Counted from the first letter of the stretch, positions 9,535 through 21,297 are shown. The stretch: 64,000 bases of DNA from Gammaproteobacteria bacterium (GCA_965222155.1 CBDCTH010000012.1:2336001-2400000); one strand, 5' to 3'. Numbers and translations are program-made. Notes: generated by a model not told the origin, from the sequence alone.

Positions 9535-9921
9535 CTACACCCGCCTTCTTTTCGGCGGGCGGCAACCATTATGGGGGATGGGCGTTACATCAGTGATATT
9601 GGTGATTTTATAGCCCAATGCATTCAGAGCGCGTACTGCCGACTCTCGGCCCGGTCCGGGACCTTTAATATTCACTTCCAGGTTCTTCATACCGAACTCC
9701 TGCGCAACTTCACCCACTTTCTGCGCGGCGATCTGTGCCGCGAACGGTGTGCTCTTCCGTGACCCGCGAAATCCGCTGCCTCCGGCCGTAGCCCATGCAA
9801 GGGTATTTCCCTGCCTGTCGGTAATATTGATTATGGTATTGTTAAATGACGCATGTACATGCGCGATACCATCGACTACCGTTTTCTTAACCTTCTTTCT
9901 TGTGCTTCTCGGTTTTGCCAT
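9535..9921 (-). CDS. rpsK: 30S ribosomal protein S11
   Basis: [27 protein letters not shown]. Confidence 0.98.
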   Translation of the reverse strand: MAKPRSTRKKVKKTVVDGIAHVHASFNNTIINITDRQGNTLAWATAGGSGFRGSRKSTPFAAQIAAQKVGEVAQEFGMKNLEVNIKGPGPGRESAVRALNALGYKITNITDVTPIPHNGCRPPKRRRV

Positions 9922-9937
9922 TCACTTTCTCGTAGTG

Positions 9938-10294
9938 TTACTTTTTGATTATTCGGCGCGGCCCTTTGCGGGTTCTCGCATTGGTGCGTGTACGCTGGCC
10001 GCGCAAGGGAAGTCCGCGCCGGTGACGGATACCTCGGTATGCGCCTAAATCCATCAGGCGCTTGATGTTCATGGATACATCCCTGCGTAAATCACCTTCC
10101 AACTCATAATTCGTTACTTCCGACCGCAGCAGATCAAGCTGATCCTCACTAAGCGACGATACCTTGACGCTCGGTTCTATTGCCGTTGCCGAACAAATCT
10201 TCCGGGCGGTAGTGCTTCCTATGCCGTAAATGTGAGTCAACGCGATGCTGACGTGCTTGTGGTCCGGAATATTTACCCCTGCTATACGAGCCAT
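9938..10294 (-). CDS. rpsM: 30S ribosomal protein S13
   Basis: [10 protein letters not shown]; start corrected to 10294. Confidence 0.97.
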   Translation of the reverse strand: MARIAGVNIPDHKHVSIALTHIYGIGSTTARKICSATAIEPSVKVSSLSEDQLDLLRSEVTNYELEGDLRRDVSMNIKRLMDLGAYRGIRHRRGLPLRGQRTRTNARTRKGPRRIIKK

Positions 10295-10323
10295 TTGTTT
10301 TCTCTCTTGTTCGTTATCCGGAA

Positions 10324-10349
10324 GGGGACGGAATTGAATTCCGTCCCTG
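10324..10349. repeat. REP-like palindrome GGGGACGGAATTGAATTCCGTCCCT in rpmJ-rpsM spacer
   Basis: Same GGGGAC(A/G)G...CTGTCCCC family as 25831-25925, 34420-34500, 39752-39783, 48013-48039. Confidence 0.75.
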
Positions 10350-10385
10350 TACGATTTCGGCAAGTATCTCGAGTCACCATCCGGC

Positions 10386-10499
10386 TCACCCTTGCCGCTG
10401 CTTATGGCGCGGGTCGGAACAGATAACACGGACACTGCCCCGCCGGCGGATAATGCGGCAATTACGACACATCTTTTTTACCGAAGCCCTGACTTTCAC
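10386..10499 (-). CDS. rpmJ: 50S ribosomal protein L36 (Zn-ribbon C+ type)
   Basis: Below ORF-track cutoff; GTG start, [37 protein letters not shown]. Confidence 0.95.
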   Translation of the reverse strand: MKVRASVKKMCRNCRIIRRRGSVRVICSDPRHKQRQG

Positions 10500-10546
10500 T
10501 TCATTCTCCCGTTACACCCGCGTATACCACTGTAGGATGCGCATTA

Positions 10547-11890
10547 TCAACGCCTCCCATGGCTTTTCAAATTGGCCTTCTTTAAAGCTCCTTCATACTG
10601 ATGCGACATTAAATGGGCCTGGATTTGCGCCATAAAGTCCATTACGACGACCACAATGATCAATAGTGATGTTCCGCCAAAATAAAACGGCACGTTATAC
10701 TGAATGATTAAGAACTCCGGTAACAGACAGACAAAAGTGATGTAGATGGCGCCCACCATGGTCAGTTTTGTCAATACGCCGTCAAGATACTTGGCGGTCT
10801 GTTCTCCCGGCCTCATCCCCGGTACGAACGCGCCTGACTTTTTCAGGTTATCCGCGGTTTCTCTGGGATCAAACACAACGGCCGTATAGAAAAAGCAAAA
10901 GAAAATGATTCCTGCGGCATAAAACGCAACGTATATGGGCTGTCCGGGTTGCAGCAATGTTGCCAGGTCCTGCAGCCAGCGCATTTCCCGGGCCTGACCC
11001 GCCCAGCTTGCCAGGGTCCCCGGAAACAGGATCAGGCTGGAGGCAAATATCGGGGGAATAACTCCCGCCATATTCAGCTTCAAGGGTAGATGGCTTGACT
11101 GGCCCGCGTATAATTTCCGTCCAACCTGGCGTTGAGCATAATTCACCGTAATCCTGCGTTGCCCCCGTTCGATAAACACGACGAAACCGGTAACGGCAAC
11201 TGCCAGCGCAAACAGGGTAAACACCATTATCAGGTGCAACTCCCCGGTACGGGATAACTCCAGCGTACCGCCGATCGCGGACGGTAAGCCGGCAACGATA
11301 CCGGCAAAAATGATCAATGAGATACCGTTACCTACACCTCGCTCGGTAATCTGTTCCCCCAACCACATCAGGAACATGGTCCCGGTTACCAGCGTAGTCA
11401 CCGCAGTGATACGAAACGCCATACCCGGATCCATGACAACCGAACCACCGGCTACCTGCTGCCCTTCCAGCGCCAGCGACACGCCCAGGGCCTGGAATGT
11501 AGCCAGTAGCACCGTTCCATATCTCGTATATTGGGTGATCCTGCGGCGTCCTGATTCACCTTCCTTGCGCAACTGCTTCAAGCGCGGGTCTACGAATGAC
11601 AAAATCTGCATGATGATCGAGGCGGATATGTAAGGCATGATGCCAAGAGCGACAACCGACAAACGCTCCAGGGCGCCTCCGGAAAACATATTGAACATAT
11701 CCAGGATAGTGCCCCGTTGCTGTTCAAACAATTGCGCCAGGGTATCCGGATTAATACCCGGGACGGGAATAAATGTGCATATCCGGTAGATGAACAGCGC
11801 AAACAGGACAAACAGCAGCCGCCTGCGCAACTCCGTTACCTGGGTCAACCCGGCGAGACCGCCTGCTATTGCGGGATTTCTTGTAGCCAT
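10547..11890 (-). CDS. secY: Preprotein translocase subunit SecY
   Basis: [48 protein letters not shown]. Confidence 0.98.
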   Translation of the reverse strand: MATRNPAIAGGLAGLTQVTELRRRLLFVLFALFIYRICTFIPVPGINPDTLAQLFEQQRGTILDMFNMFSGGALERLSVVALGIMPYISASIIMQILSFVDPRLKQLRKEGESGRRRITQYTRYGTVLLATFQALGVSLALEGQQVAGGSVVMDPGMAFRITAVTTLVTGTMFLMWLGEQITERGVGNGISLIIFAGIVAGLPSAIGGTLELSRTGELHLIMVFTLFALAVAVTGFVVFIERGQRRITVNYAQRQVGRKLYAGQSSHLPLKLNMAGVIPPIFASSLILFPGTLASWAGQAREMRWLQDLATLLQPGQPIYVAFYAAGIIFFCFFYTAVVFDPRETADNLKKSGAFVPGMRPGEQTAKYLDGVLTKLTMVGAIYITFVCLLPEFLIIQYNVPFYFGGTSLLIIVVVVMDFMAQIQAHLMSHQYEGALKKANLKSHGRR

Positions 11891-11896
11891 GCCCTA

Positions 11897-12145
11897 GCCC
11901 GGATATTGCATCAGTGGATGCGATGATCGCGCAGGATTTTTGGCGCTGACGGGTGCCTGCGACCGATAGCATAGCCGTAGCCGTAGCTCTGGTTGAGGGA
12001 GCACGTGCCCGTCAGCGCCAAAAAGACAAGCGAGGGCGCAGCCAGCGCTGCTTGTCACGCCAATTAAGTCAATATAAGTCATATAACTATATGATTGTAC
12101 AAAAATTCCAGTATTCTTCTAAGCGGACTGGTGCAATATCCGGGC
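11897..12145. mobile_element. MITE-A copy 2 (between rplO and secY)
   Basis: TIRs GCCCGGATATTGCATCAGT / ACTGGTGCAATATCCGGGC; abuts the rplO stop, 6 nt from secY ATG. Confidence 0.9.
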
Positions 12146-12580
12146 TCACTCTTCGAATTTCCCACCGGCTGCCTCAATGGCAGCCCGCGCCGCTTTGGTT
12201 GCTCGCATTCCCTTTATGGTGACCGCCTTGCCGATCGTCCCGCTGGCAATAATTTTTACTCTCTTGATTTTTCTTGAGATCAGACCGGCTTTTTTCAGCG
12301 TATCCAGGTCGATGATTTCGGCAGCCGCTTGCTCCAGTTCATCAAGCCGAATTTCATCGGTAATCCGCGCCAGGTAGGACCGAAAACCGACCTTGGGGAG
12401 ACGCCGTTGCAACGGCATTTGTCCACCCTCAAAACCTACCTTGTGATACCCGCCTGAACGTGACTTCTGCCCTTTATGACCGCGGCCTGCCGTCTTCCCC
12501 TGTCCGGAGCCGATACCCCGCCCTACTCGCTTGGCTGAGCGTTTGGCGCCACCCGCAGGTTTGATTGAATTCAGTCGCAT
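12146..12580 (-). CDS. rplO: 50S ribosomal protein L15
   Basis: [33 protein letters not shown]. Confidence 0.97.
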   Translation of the reverse strand: MRLNSIKPAGGAKRSAKRVGRGIGSGQGKTAGRGHKGQKSRSGGYHKVGFEGGQMPLQRRLPKVGFRSYLARITDEIRLDELEQAAAEIIDLDTLKKAGLISRKIKRVKIIASGTIGKAVTIKGMRATKAARAAIEAAGGKFEE

Positions 12581-12581
12581 T

Positions 12582-12773
12582 TCAGATTCCATCGATAGTC
12601 AACAAATAACTTACCTTATTAATCATGCCCCGGTTTTCCGCAGTATCCGCAACCATTACCGAATGACCTATACGACGCAGCCCGAGTCCCGTAACACAGG
12701 CTTTGTGTTTTGCGGTCCTGCGATTGACACTGCGTTTCAAGGTTACTCTTAACTGTTTCTTTTGCGCAGCCAT
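12582..12773 (-). CDS. rpmD: 50S ribosomal protein L30
   Basis: [11 protein letters not shown]...[12 protein letters not shown]. Confidence 0.95.
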   Translation of the reverse strand: MAAQKKQLRVTLKRSVNRRTAKHKACVTGLGLRRIGHSVMVADTAENRGMINKVSYLLTIDGI

Positions 12774-12775
12774 GA

Positions 12776-13282
12776 TTATCCGGTAATTTCCTCAACTGCT
12801 TTACCGCGCTTTGCCGCGAAATATTCCGGCGCAGCCATCGACTGTAACCCTTTCATTGTGGTGCGCACCACGTTAACCGGGTTGGTCGAACCGGTGCATT
12901 TGGCCAGGACATTATGAATGCCGGCACACTCAAACACCGCGCGCATGGCGCCACCGGCAATAATACCGGTACCATCGGAAGCCGGTTGCATATACACATT
13001 AGCGGCACCGTGCCTCGCACTGATTGCGTAGTGCAGGGTATCACCGTTAAGCGGGATGCTGATCATATTCCGGCGCGCCTTTTCCATGGCCTTCTGTATC
13101 GCAACGGGCACTTCCCGCGCCTTGCCCCGGCCGAAACCGACCTTGCCGTTACCGTCACCGACAACGGTCAGGGCCGTAAAGCCGAATACACGCCCACCCT
13201 TGACGACCTTGGCCACCCGGTTGACTGCAACTAATTTCTCCAGTAAGTCCTCATTACCGGTGATGGATTCTGATACCGCCAT
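12776..13282 (-). CDS. rpsE: 30S ribosomal protein S5
   Basis: [23 protein letters not shown]. Confidence 0.98.
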   Translation of the reverse strand: MAVSESITGNEDLLEKLVAVNRVAKVVKGGRVFGFTALTVVGDGNGKVGFGRGKAREVPVAIQKAMEKARRNMISIPLNGDTLHYAISARHGAANVYMQPASDGTGIIAGGAMRAVFECAGIHNVLAKCTGSTNPVNVVRTTMKGLQSMAAPEYFAAKRGKAVEEITG

Positions 13283-13304
13283 GCTGGTTTTATCTCCTCA
13301 CCTG

Positions 13305-13658
13305 TTAGAATTTCATGCCTTGTTCCCTGGCGGCATCTGCCAGCGCCTTCACTCTGCCATGGAACTTGAAACCTGAGCGGTCAAATGCAACCGTGATAAT
13401 ACCGACCTTCTTTGCACGTTCTGCAATCATCTGACCTACAACTCCCGCCGCTTCCCTGTTGCCGCCGTTTTTTATCCTGGCGCGAATTTCCTTATCAAGG
13501 GTGGATGCGCTGACGATTACTTCCGACCCGCTCGGAGCGATCACTTGGGCATAGATATGCCGGGGCGTGCGGAACACACATAACCGGCCCACCTCTTGCG
13601 TCTTGATACGCATGCGTGATTTTACCGACCTTCTCAATCTTGCTGTTTTCTTATTCAT
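13305..13658 (-). CDS. rplR: 50S ribosomal protein L18
   Basis: [21 protein letters not shown]. Confidence 0.97.
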   Translation of the reverse strand: MNKKTARLRRSVKSRMRIKTQEVGRLCVFRTPRHIYAQVIAPSGSEVIVSASTLDKEIRARIKNGGNREAAGVVGQMIAERAKKVGIITVAFDRSGFKFHGRVKALADAAREQGMKF

Positions 13659-13667
13659 TGTCGGTTA

Positions 13668-13910
13668 ACCCGGATATTGCACCAGTGGATGCGATGATCG
13701 CGCCGGATTTTTTGCGCTGACGGGTGCCTGCGACCGAAAGCATAGCTGGGACTCTGGTTGAGGGAGCACGTACCCGTCAGCGCAAAAAAGACAAGCGAGG
13801 GCGCATCCAGCGAAGTTTGTCACAGCATAAATTTTAGAATTAGTCATATAACTATATGATTGTAAGCAAATTTTAGTATCTCTCCAAGCAGACTGGTGCA
13901 ATATCCGGGT
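13668..13910. mobile_element. MITE-A copy 3 (between rplF and rplR)
   Basis: TIRs ACCCGGATATTGCACCAGT / ACTGGTGCAATATCCGGGT; abuts the rplF stop. Confidence 0.9.
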
Positions 13911-14444
13911 TCAAGCCTTCTTTGCTTCCTTGCGTAGAATATGTTCATCAGCATAGCGTACGCCTTTCCCCTTATAAGGTTCGGGCGGTCGGTAACTACG
14001 GATCTCTGCCGCCACTTGTCCGACCCTCTGTTTGTCCGAGCCCCTGATTATGATCTGGGTCTGGCTGGGGGTCTCAACCGAAATGTCGTCGGGAATAGCA
14101 ATATCCACGGGATGGGAAAATCCCAGGGCCAGGTTGATGCTCCCCGGATTTGCCTGGGCGCGATATCCCACCCCGGTTATCTCGAGTTTGATCTCAAATC
14201 CGTCGGAAACACCCGTCACCATGTTCTGTAAAATCGCTCTGGTGGTGCCTGACAGGGCCCGCGCCGACTTGGAGCCATCCTTTGCTGAAAACTTCAACAG
14301 GTCGCCTTCCCGCTCCAACTGCACAAGTGAATTAATTGTGTGTGTCAATTCACCCTTACTGCCCTTGACCAGCACTACTGTGCCGTTCACGTCGACCTGC
14401 ACGTTGTCAGGGATGGCTATCGGGTTATTGGCAACTCTTGACAT
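13911..14444 (-). CDS. rplF: 50S ribosomal protein L6
   Basis: RPPEPYKGKGVRY. Confidence 0.98.
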   Translation of the reverse strand: MSRVANNPIAIPDNVQVDVNGTVVLVKGSKGELTHTINSLVQLEREGDLLKFSAKDGSKSARALSGTTRAILQNMVTGVSDGFEIKLEITGVGYRAQANPGSINLALGFSHPVDIAIPDDISVETPSQTQIIIRGSDKQRVGQVAAEIRSYRPPEPYKGKGVRYADEHILRKEAKKA

Positions 14445-14455
14445 GTCTTATCTCA

Positions 14456-14696
14456 GCCCGCATTTCTCACCAGTTGATGCGATGATCGCGCAGGATTTTT
14501 GCCGCCAGCGAGTGCCTGCGACCGAAAGCATAGCCGTAGCTATGGTTGAGGAAGCACGTGCCCGCTGGCGGCAAAAAGACAAGCGAGGGCGCATCAAGCG
14601 CAGTTTGTAAAAGTGACATAGTGAATAATACATTTTAACTCATTAGCAGCAAAAAAATATCCGGTGACGATAAGCGAACTGGTGAGAAATACGGGC
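14456..14696. mobile_element. MITE-A copy 4 (between rpsH and rplF)
   Basis: TIRs GCCCGCATTTCTCACCAGTT / AACTGGTGAGAAATACGGGC; last base overlaps the rpsH TAG. Confidence 0.9.
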
Positions 14697-15091
14697 TAAG
14701 CTACGAGACAGATAATCTCGCCACCAATACCCAGTTTCCTGGCGCTCTTGTCCGTCATTACACCCTTGGAAGTGGAGATGATGGCCGTTCCCAGTCCCCC
14801 GTATACCTGGGGCAACTTATCACCGGAGCTGTAGCGGCGTAATCCCGGCGAGCTCACGCGTTTCAATAATTCAATAACCGGCTTGCCCTCAAAATACTTC
14901 AATTCAATGGTTAATACCGGCTTGGCCGTTTCTTCATCCACACTGAAGCCGGTAATATAGCCCTCTTCCTGGAGGATTTTTGCCACGGCAAGTTTGGGTT
15001 TTGATGAAGGCATGCTGACTTCCCGCTTTAACCTTTCCTGGCCGTTGCGAACCCGTGTCAGCATATCCGATATTTGATCCTGTAAGCTCAT
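14696..15091 (-). CDS. rpsH: 30S ribosomal protein S8
   Basis: [16 protein letters not shown]; start corrected to 15091. Confidence 0.97.
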   Translation of the reverse strand: MSLQDQISDMLTRVRNGQERLKREVSMPSSKPKLAVAKILQEEGYITGFSVDEETAKPVLTIELKYFEGKPVIELLKRVSSPGLRRYSSGDKLPQVYGGLGTAIISTSKGVMTDKSARKLGIGGEIICLVA

Positions 15092-15122
15092 TCTGAATTC
15101 TCTTGCAGCCTCGTCAGTTTTC

Positions 15123-15428
15123 TCACCAGCTCGCTTTGACCAGGCCCGGGATATCCCCGCGCATTGCGGCCTCACGCAGCTTATTTCTTCCCAGTCCGAA
15201 TTTCCTGTAATAACCATTCGGGCGCCCTGTCAGGGTGCATCGATTTCTCAGTCTGGATGGACTGGAATCTCTGGGTAATTTATTCAATTGTACTCTTGCT
15301 TCCTTACGCTCTTCCGGAGTTAACGACATATCCTTGATAATGCGCTTCAAACCAGTACGTTTTTCAGCATATTTTTCGACCAGTTTCTCCCTTTTCCGCT
15401 CTCGATTTACCGTTGATGTTTTTGCCAT
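15123..15428 (-). CDS. rpsN: 30S ribosomal protein S14 (long form)
   Basis: [12 protein letters not shown]...IPGLVKASW. Confidence 0.97.
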   Translation of the reverse strand: MAKTSTVNRERKREKLVEKYAEKRTGLKRIIKDMSLTPEERKEARVQLNKLPRDSSPSRLRNRCTLTGRPNGYYRKFGLGRNKLREAAMRGDIPGLVKASW

Positions 15429-15440
15429 AAGTTTTCTCTG

Positions 15441-15992
15441 TTATGAGCCTGCTTGAGTCCGCAACGGAAAATTGAACGCCTTCAACAAGGCCTCAGCCTC
15501 CTCATCCGTTTTCGCCGAAGTCGTGATTGTTACATCCAGGCCGCGCAGCGTATCGATCTTGTCATAATCGATTTCCGGAAAAATAATCTGCTCTTTCACG
15601 CCCAGGCTGTAATTGCCGCGTCCATCAAACGCGCGCGGGCTTAAGCCCCGAAAATCCCTGATCCTGGGAATGGCGACTGAAATCAGCCGATCCAGGAACT
15701 CATACATGCGTGTACGTCGCAGCGTAACCTTGCAACCATTCGGAAAGCCCTTCCTGACCTTGAAATTTGCAACGGACTTCTTTGCGTTGATCACGATCGG
15801 TTTCTGCCCGGAAATCAGCGTCATGTCATCAACCGCATGTTCAATCATTTTTTTATCGGCCATTGCCTTGCCCAGCCCCATGTTCAGGGTAATTTTGGTT
15901 ATCTTCGGCACCTGCATTGACGACGTATAGCCGAACTGTTCCATCAACTGCGGAGCAATTGTAGTCCGATAATATTCCTGTAATCTTGCCAT
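15441..15992 (-). CDS. rplE: 50S ribosomal protein L5
   Basis: [20 protein letters not shown]; likely start MARLQ at 15992. Confidence 0.97.
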   Translation of the reverse strand: MARLQEYYRTTIAPQLMEQFGYTSSMQVPKITKITLNMGLGKAMADKKMIEHAVDDMTLISGQKPIVINAKKSVANFKVRKGFPNGCKVTLRRTRMYEFLDRLISVAIPRIRDFRGLSPRAFDGRGNYSLGVKEQIIFPEIDYDKIDTLRGLDVTITTSAKTDEEAEALLKAFNFPLRTQAGS

Positions 15993-16006
15993 CTTAACCT
16001 TGTCGT

Positions 16007-16327
16007 TCAAACATCGACTACTTCATTATTGGATTTGAAAAAACGGACTTTCCGACGATCTTCCAAAAACCGGAAGCCCACACGATCCGGTCTGTTTGAC
16101 ACCGGATTCCATAGTGCAATATTCGAAATTGCAAACGCCATTTCCTTCTCTACAATGCCTCCGGGCGTTCCCTGCATGGGATTACCCTTGGTATGGCGTT
16201 TGGCCATATTAATATTTTCGACGATGACCTTATTGCTGTTCATGTTAACACTCAGCACGATTCCGCGTTTACCCTTATCCTTGCCGGTAATAACGACTAC
16301 TTCGTCACCTTTTCGTATCCTGTTCAT
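16007..16327 (-). CDS. rplX: 50S ribosomal protein L24
   Basis: [15 protein letters not shown]. Confidence 0.97.
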   Translation of the reverse strand: MNRIRKGDEVVVITGKDKGKRGIVLSVNMNSNKVIVENINMAKRHTKGNPMQGTPGGIVEKEMAFAISNIALWNPVSNRPDRVGFRFLEDRRKVRFFKSNNEVVDV

Positions 16328-16347
16328 GGGTTATCCTGCAGCCTTGA

Positions 16348-16716
16348 CTATAAAACCTCGGGAGCGAGGGAAACGATTTTCATAAAATTCTCATTCCTGA
16401 GTTCACGGGTGACCGGACCGAATATCCGTGTGCCGATAGGTTGCAACTGATTATTCAGCAGCACGGCGGCATTACTATCGAATCGTATCAATGAACCGTC
16501 CGGTCTCCTCACTCCTTTTTTAGTCCGCACCACCACAGCGTTGTACAGCTCTCCCTTTTTTACCTTGCTTCTCGGGATAGCTTCCTTGACACTGACCTTT
16601 ATCACGTCACCCACACCAGCATAACGTCTTTTCGAACCACCCAGGACTTTCACACACATGAGACGACGCGCGCCACTGTTGTCCGCGGCCCCCAGTATTG
16701 TCTGCATCTGGATCAT
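16348..16716 (-). CDS. rplN: 50S ribosomal protein L14
   Basis: [23 protein letters not shown]. Confidence 0.98.
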   Translation of the reverse strand: MIQMQTILGAADNSGARRLMCVKVLGGSKRRYAGVGDVIKVSVKEAIPRSKVKKGELYNAVVVRTKKGVRRPDGSLIRFDSNAAVLLNNQLQPIGTRIFGPVTRELRNENFMKIVSLAPEVL

Positions 16717-16777
16717 CTGTGCACTCCGACTGATTTCTCAACCCGATGCAATGGCGGAAGAATTGAATACATTTGCA

Positions 16778-17044
16778 TCATATTTCCTGAGCCTTACTGA
16801 CAATACTGCGTAACCGCCATGCCTTGCTTTTGGAAATGGGTCGAGATGACTCAATAATGACCATATCGCCTTCATTACACTCGTTATTTTCATCATGAGC
16901 GAGCAGCCTGGTTGTACGCCTGATATATTTCCCATAGAGCGGATGTTTTACAGTCCGCCGGATATTTACGGCAATGGACTTATCCATCTTGTTGCTGACA
17001 ACCGTCCCCGTCAGTGTTCTGGCTGATTTCCCGGATTCACTCAT
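16778..17044 (-). CDS. rpsQ: 30S ribosomal protein S17
   Basis: [22 protein letters not shown]. Confidence 0.97.
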   Translation of the reverse strand: MSESGKSARTLTGTVVSNKMDKSIAVNIRRTVKHPLYGKYIRRTTRLLAHDENNECNEGDMVIIESSRPISKSKAWRLRSIVSKAQEI

Positions 17045-17234
17045 CTTGTTTTGCTTTCTCGTTTAACACCGTTTTAATCCTGGCAATTTCCCGGCGCACC
17101 ACCTTAAAACGGCTTGGGTTACCGAGTTGGCCGGAACCTTTTTGCATACGCAGGTTAAATTGTTCACGCAGCATATCCAGGAGAAGTTCCTGCAACTCAT
17201 TGGGTTTCCTGCCTCTTAATTCAGCAGCCTTCAT
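17037..17234 (-). CDS. rpmC: 50S ribosomal protein L29
   Basis: [17 protein letters not shown]. Confidence 0.96.
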   Translation of the reverse strand: MKAAELRGRKPNELQELLLDMLREQFNLRMQKGSGQLGNPSRFKVVRREIARIKTVLNEKAKQDE

Positions 17235-17647
17235 TACAGTATGGTCCTGCTGACGAATGTGGTTTTGATCGGTAATTTCGCCGCGGCAAGCCTGAACGCA
17301 TCTCTTGCCAGCACTTCCGGTACGCCTTCAATTTCGTACAGCATCTTACCTGGCTGAACAACGGATACCCAGTATTCAACATTGCCTTTACCCTTGCCCT
17401 GGCGTACCTCCAGGGGCTTTGTCGTTATCGGTTTATCAGGAAAAATCCGTATCCAGATTTTTCCTCCCCGTTTGACTTTGCGGGTAATCGTACGGCGGGC
17501 AGCCTCAATCTGGCGCGCAGTAATCCGTCCCCGGGTAATAGCCTTCAATCCGAACTCGCCAAAACTGACCTTGTTGCCATTGTTGGCAAGCCCGCGATTT
17601 CTACCCTTGCTTTGCTTTCTGAATTTGGTTCGTTTCGGTTGTAACAT
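17234..17647 (-). CDS. rplP: 50S ribosomal protein L16
   Basis: [19 protein letters not shown]. Confidence 0.98.
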   Translation of the reverse strand: MLQPKRTKFRKQSKGRNRGLANNGNKVSFGEFGLKAITRGRITARQIEAARRTITRKVKRGGKIWIRIFPDKPITTKPLEVRQGKGKGNVEYWVSVVQPGKMLYEIEGVPEVLARDAFRLAAAKLPIKTTFVSRTIL

Positions 17648-17651
17648 TTGC

Positions 17652-18326
17652 TTATGCTCGCATCACAGGCGTTTCATCATCATCAGCCCTGTCTTCGATA
17701 TTGAACACTTCACCTTTGAATATCCAGACCTTTACACCAATGACTCCATAAGTCGTATTCGAGTTGGCAATCCCGTAATCAATGTCGGCCCGTAAGGTAT
17801 GCAACGGTACCCGCCCCTCCCGATACCACTCGGAACGAGCAATTTCCGCGCCGTTCAAACGACCGCTGACATTGATTTTAATGCCCAGAGCGCCAAGCCT
17901 CATTGAATTGGTTACCGCGCGCTTCATGGCCCGCCTGAACATAATCTTTCTTTCGATTTGCTGGGCGACACTCTCCGCCACCAGGTTTGCGTCAAGTTCA
18001 GGCTTCCTGATTTCCCGCACGCTGACTTTCGCCCTGAGACCCATCATATCCGAGACCTCCTGGCTTAACCGCTCGATATCTTCACCTTTCTTGCCGATTA
18101 CGATCCCCGGTCTGGCGCTGTGTATGATTACCTTGACTTCATTGGGGGGACGTTCGATCTGGATGCGGCTGACCGAGGCGTTAACAAGTTTTTTCCTGAG
18201 GAATTCACGCACCTGCAGGTCTGTATTCAAAAACCTTGCATAATCTTTCGTATCAGCATACCAGGTGGACGTCCAGTCCTTGATGATACCGATGCGAAAA
18301 CCCGTTGGGTGTACTTTCTGTCCCAT
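17652..18326 (-). CDS. rpsC: 30S ribosomal protein S3
   Basis: [25 protein letters not shown]. Confidence 0.98.
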   Translation of the reverse strand: MGQKVHPTGFRIGIIKDWTSTWYADTKDYARFLNTDLQVREFLRKKLVNASVSRIQIERPPNEVKVIIHSARPGIVIGKKGEDIERLSQEVSDMMGLRAKVSVREIRKPELDANLVAESVAQQIERKIMFRRAMKRAVTNSMRLGALGIKINVSGRLNGAEIARSEWYREGRVPLHTLRADIDYGIANSNTTYGVIGVKVWIFKGEVFNIEDRADDDETPVMRA

Positions 18327-18333
18327 AGTTTGT

Positions 18334-18669
18334 CTACTCTGTCGTCTCAGTGACCGTTATTACCAAATGGCTGGTGCGTTTGAAAATCCTGTCGGCGCGT
18401 CCCCGGGCCCGGGTACGTAAACGCTTGTGCGTAGGCCCCTTGTCAACGGTTATTGCAGTTATTTTCAGTTCGTCTATATCCGCAGCCTCATTATGTTCGG
18501 CATTCGCAATCGCCGACTCCAGTACTTTCTTGACGATCCCGGCAGCCTTCTTATTACTGTAAGCCAGAATATTCATTGCACGATCAACCGACAATCCGCG
18601 CACCTGGTCGGCAACCAGTCGCAACTTTTGCGGCGCCATACGCACAAATTTAAGACATGCAGTCGTCAT
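18334..18669 (-). CDS. rplV: 50S ribosomal protein L22
   Basis: [20 protein letters not shown]. Confidence 0.97.
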   Translation of the reverse strand: MTTACLKFVRMAPQKLRLVADQVRGLSVDRAMNILAYSNKKAAGIVKKVLESAIANAEHNEAADIDELKITAITVDKGPTHKRLRTRARGRADRIFKRTSHLVITVTETTE

Positions 18670-18686
18670 TGCCCTGTTACTCTCTA

Positions 18687-19171
18687 GCCCGGATATTGCA
18701 CCAGTGGATGCGATGACAAATCGTCAGGATAGACGATTTGCACGGCCGCAGGCCGCCGTAAGGTTGCGCCCAAGGATGGGCGCAATGAACGCGCAGGATT
18801 TTTGACGCTGACGGGTGCCCGCGACCGAAAGCATAGCTGGGATTGATGCGCCCCATCCATGGGGCGCTCCCTGCGGGCGTCCTTCGGACGTCCAAATCTG
18901 CTCCAGGCAGATTTGTCTGGTTGAGGGACAAATCGGCAGGATAGCCGATTTGCACGGCGACAGCCGCCCGTTGGGTTGCGCCCAGAGCCTGCCCCTGCGG
19001 TTGTAAGCAGGGGGATGGGCGCAATGAGCATGTACCCGTCAGCGTCAAAAAGACCAGCGAGGGCGCATCCAGCGTAGTTTGTAATTGCGCAAATGTTAAA
19101 ATTAGTCATATAACTATTTGATTGAACGTAATTTATTTCTTCTTACAAGCGAACTGGTGTAATATCCGGGC
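18687..19171. mobile_element. MITE-A copy 5, expanded to 485 bp by nested insertions (between rpsS and rplV)
   Basis: Same TIRs and core, interrupted by three ~70-100 bp multi-hairpin inserts. Confidence 0.88.
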
Positions 19172-19174
19172 TTC

Positions 19175-19450
19175 CTACTTTGATGTTTTTTTATCCGCGG
19201 CATGGCCGCGAAACGTCCGGGTTATGGCAAACTCGCCCAGTTTATGGCCGACCATATTCTCGGAAATAAAAACCGGTACGTGGTGCCGGCCATTATGTAC
19301 TGAAATGGTCAGCCCGACCATATCCGGCACTATCATTGACCTTCTGGACCACGTCTTAATTGGACGTTTGTCATTATTTTGAAGCGCAGTTTCGACCTTT
19401 TTGCTCAGGTGATGGTCTATGAACGGCCCTTTTTTTATTGAACGCGGCAT
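19175..19450 (-). CDS. rpsS: 30S ribosomal protein S19
   Basis: [19 protein letters not shown]. Confidence 0.98.
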   Translation of the reverse strand: MPRSIKKGPFIDHHLSKKVETALQNNDKRPIKTWSRRSMIVPDMVGLTISVHNGRHHVPVFISENMVGHKLGEFAITRTFRGHAADKKTSK

Positions 19451-19462
19451 TGCCAATCTCTC

Positions 19463-20287
19463 CTAGCTCTTCCTTTTACGAATAATCATATTGTCGGTAC
19501 GTTTGTTCTTCCTTGTTTTATAGCCTTTCGTGGGATAACCCCAGGGCGTGGATGGGTGCCGTCCCCCGGATGAACGTCCCTCACCGCCTCCATGGGGATG
19601 ATCCACCGGATTCATCGCCACGCCGCGTACCGTCGGACGTATTCCGCGCCAGCGTTTTGCCCCCGCCTTGCCCAATTTTTGCAGTGAATGTTCGACGTTA
19701 CTCACCTCTCCGATGGTGGCACGGCAATCCAGCGGCGCCTTTCTCACTTCACCCGAACGCAGGCGCAATGTCGCATGGGCGCCTTCCCGGGCCACTAACT
19801 GCACACTGGTGCCGGCGCTACGCGCCAGTTGCGCGCCCTTACCCGGCTTTAATTCCACGCAATGAACGTTTGCTCCCACCGGAATATTGCGCAGGGCCAG
19901 ACTGTTCCCGGGCGCTATTTCGGCCCGTGGACCGGACATCACCTGTGCTCCGGCCGCCACGCCGGCAGGGGCAATGATATAACGGCGCTCGCCATCCGCA
20001 TAACATAACAGGGCAATATGCGCGGTCCGGTTAGGATCGTATTCTATTCTCTCCACCGTGGCCGCAATACCGTCCTTGTCGCGTTTAAAATCAATGAACC
20101 GATAGCGTTGTTTTGCGCCACCGCCCCGGTGTCTTACGGTAATTCTGCCGCGATTGTTGCGGCCGGCGGTCTTGCCCTGCTTTTCCACTAACGGGCTGTA
20201 CGGTTTACCCTTATACAGGTCCGGGTTGACGACCTTGACAACGCCCCGGCGGCCTGCTGAAGTTGGTTTCGGATTAATTAGCGGCAT
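19463..20287 (-). CDS. rplB: 50S ribosomal protein L2
   Basis: [24 protein letters not shown]. Confidence 0.98.
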   Translation of the reverse strand: MPLINPKPTSAGRRGVVKVVNPDLYKGKPYSPLVEKQGKTAGRNNRGRITVRHRGGGAKQRYRFIDFKRDKDGIAATVERIEYDPNRTAHIALLCYADGERRYIIAPAGVAAGAQVMSGPRAEIAPGNSLALRNIPVGANVHCVELKPGKGAQLARSAGTSVQLVAREGAHATLRLRSGEVRKAPLDCRATIGEVSNVEHSLQKLGKAGAKRWRGIRPTVRGVAMNPVDHPHGGGEGRSSGGRHPSTPWGYPTKGYKTRKNKRTDNMIIRKRKS

Positions 20288-20293
20288 TTATCT

Positions 20294-20587
20294 TCAGGCT
20301 CCAATGAAATCTATGTCAAAGCCGGGTTTCAGCCTGACGTAAGCTTTCTTCCAGTCCGAGCGTTTGCCCGGCGCCCGCCGAAACATCTTTTTCTTGCCGC
20401 GCACGTTCAGTACCTGTACCGACTCAACCTCGACTTCAAACATTTTTTCCACTGCTTGTTTAATCTCCGGTTTGGTTGCATCACGCATGACCTTGAAGAC
20501 AAATTGCCGGTATTTATCAGCCGTGAACGTACTTTTTTCCGTCACCCGCGGCCCCAGCAAAATATTCATGAGCCTTTCGTCATTCAT
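20294..20587 (-). CDS. rplW: 50S ribosomal protein L23
   Basis: [12 protein letters not shown]. Confidence 0.97.
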   Translation of the reverse strand: MNDERLMNILLGPRVTEKSTFTADKYRQFVFKVMRDATKPEIKQAVEKMFEVEVESVQVLNVRGKKKMFRRAPGKRSDWKKAYVRLKPGFDIDFIGA

Positions 20588-21287
20588 CTTTACCCTCTCC
20601 AGCTTCTGCTTCCCCGTCTGCGGTCTCGCTCACGCTGACTTCCGGCTCTACTTGTCTGTGGTTTGTTTTCGGTTCCAGCCATTTTTCCACTTCTTCCAGG
20701 GCTGGTTTGGTAATCAGCACCCGGTTGAACCCGACCAGTGAATATGGATCGATTTCATGGGTATTTATAACGGCAACCCGCGCCAGGTTACGGGTCGCCA
20801 GGTGTAATTCTTCGCTGATGGAGTTGGTGATAATCAGCACCTCGTCCAGACCCAGCTGCGCCAATAGCTCAACTGCCGCCTTTGTCTTCGCCGCGCTGAC
20901 ATTCAATTGATCGATACAAAGCAGCCTTTCCTGACGAACCAGCTCGGACAGAATTGACCGCATAGCCCCGCGATACATCTTTCTGTTCACTTTCTTGGTG
21001 TAATTACGCTGGTTATTTGTGAAAGTAACACCGCCTCCACGCCAGAGCGGGCTCCTGATCGTGCCGGCCCTGGCCCGGCCAAGGCCTTTCTGGCGCCAGG
21101 GCTTTTTCCCGCCGCCTCTCACCGCGGAACGGTTTTTCAGCGATTTGAAAGCGGACCTGCCGCTCGACAGGTAAGAGGTAATCACCTGATGCACCAGGGG
21201 TTCATTGTAATCGGCAGCAAACACCTTATCGGCAACTTCCACTCGACCTGCCCGTTTTTTTCCGGCTTTGTGCAATACCAATTTCAC
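20580..21287 (-). CDS. rplD: 50S ribosomal protein L4 with acidic C-terminal extension
   Basis: [15 protein letters not shown]; GTG start at 21287. Confidence 0.96.
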   Translation of the reverse strand: MKLVLHKAGKKRAGRVEVADKVFAADYNEPLVHQVITSYLSSGRSAFKSLKNRSAVRGGGKKPWRQKGLGRARAGTIRSPLWRGGGVTFTNNQRNYTKKVNRKMYRGAMRSILSELVRQERLLCIDQLNVSAAKTKAAVELLAQLGLDEVLIITNSISEELHLATRNLARVAVINTHEIDPYSLVGFNRVLITKPALEEVEKWLEPKTNHRQVEPEVSVSETADGEAEAGEGKDE

Positions 21288-21297
21288 CTTGGCTCTC

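Noticed and set aside
11894-12082. Family of small proteins ending ...[13 protein letters not shown] (also 13665, 18684, 21959)
   Set aside because: Translations of MITE-A; starts and frames differ between copies, and variation follows base-pairing rather than codons.
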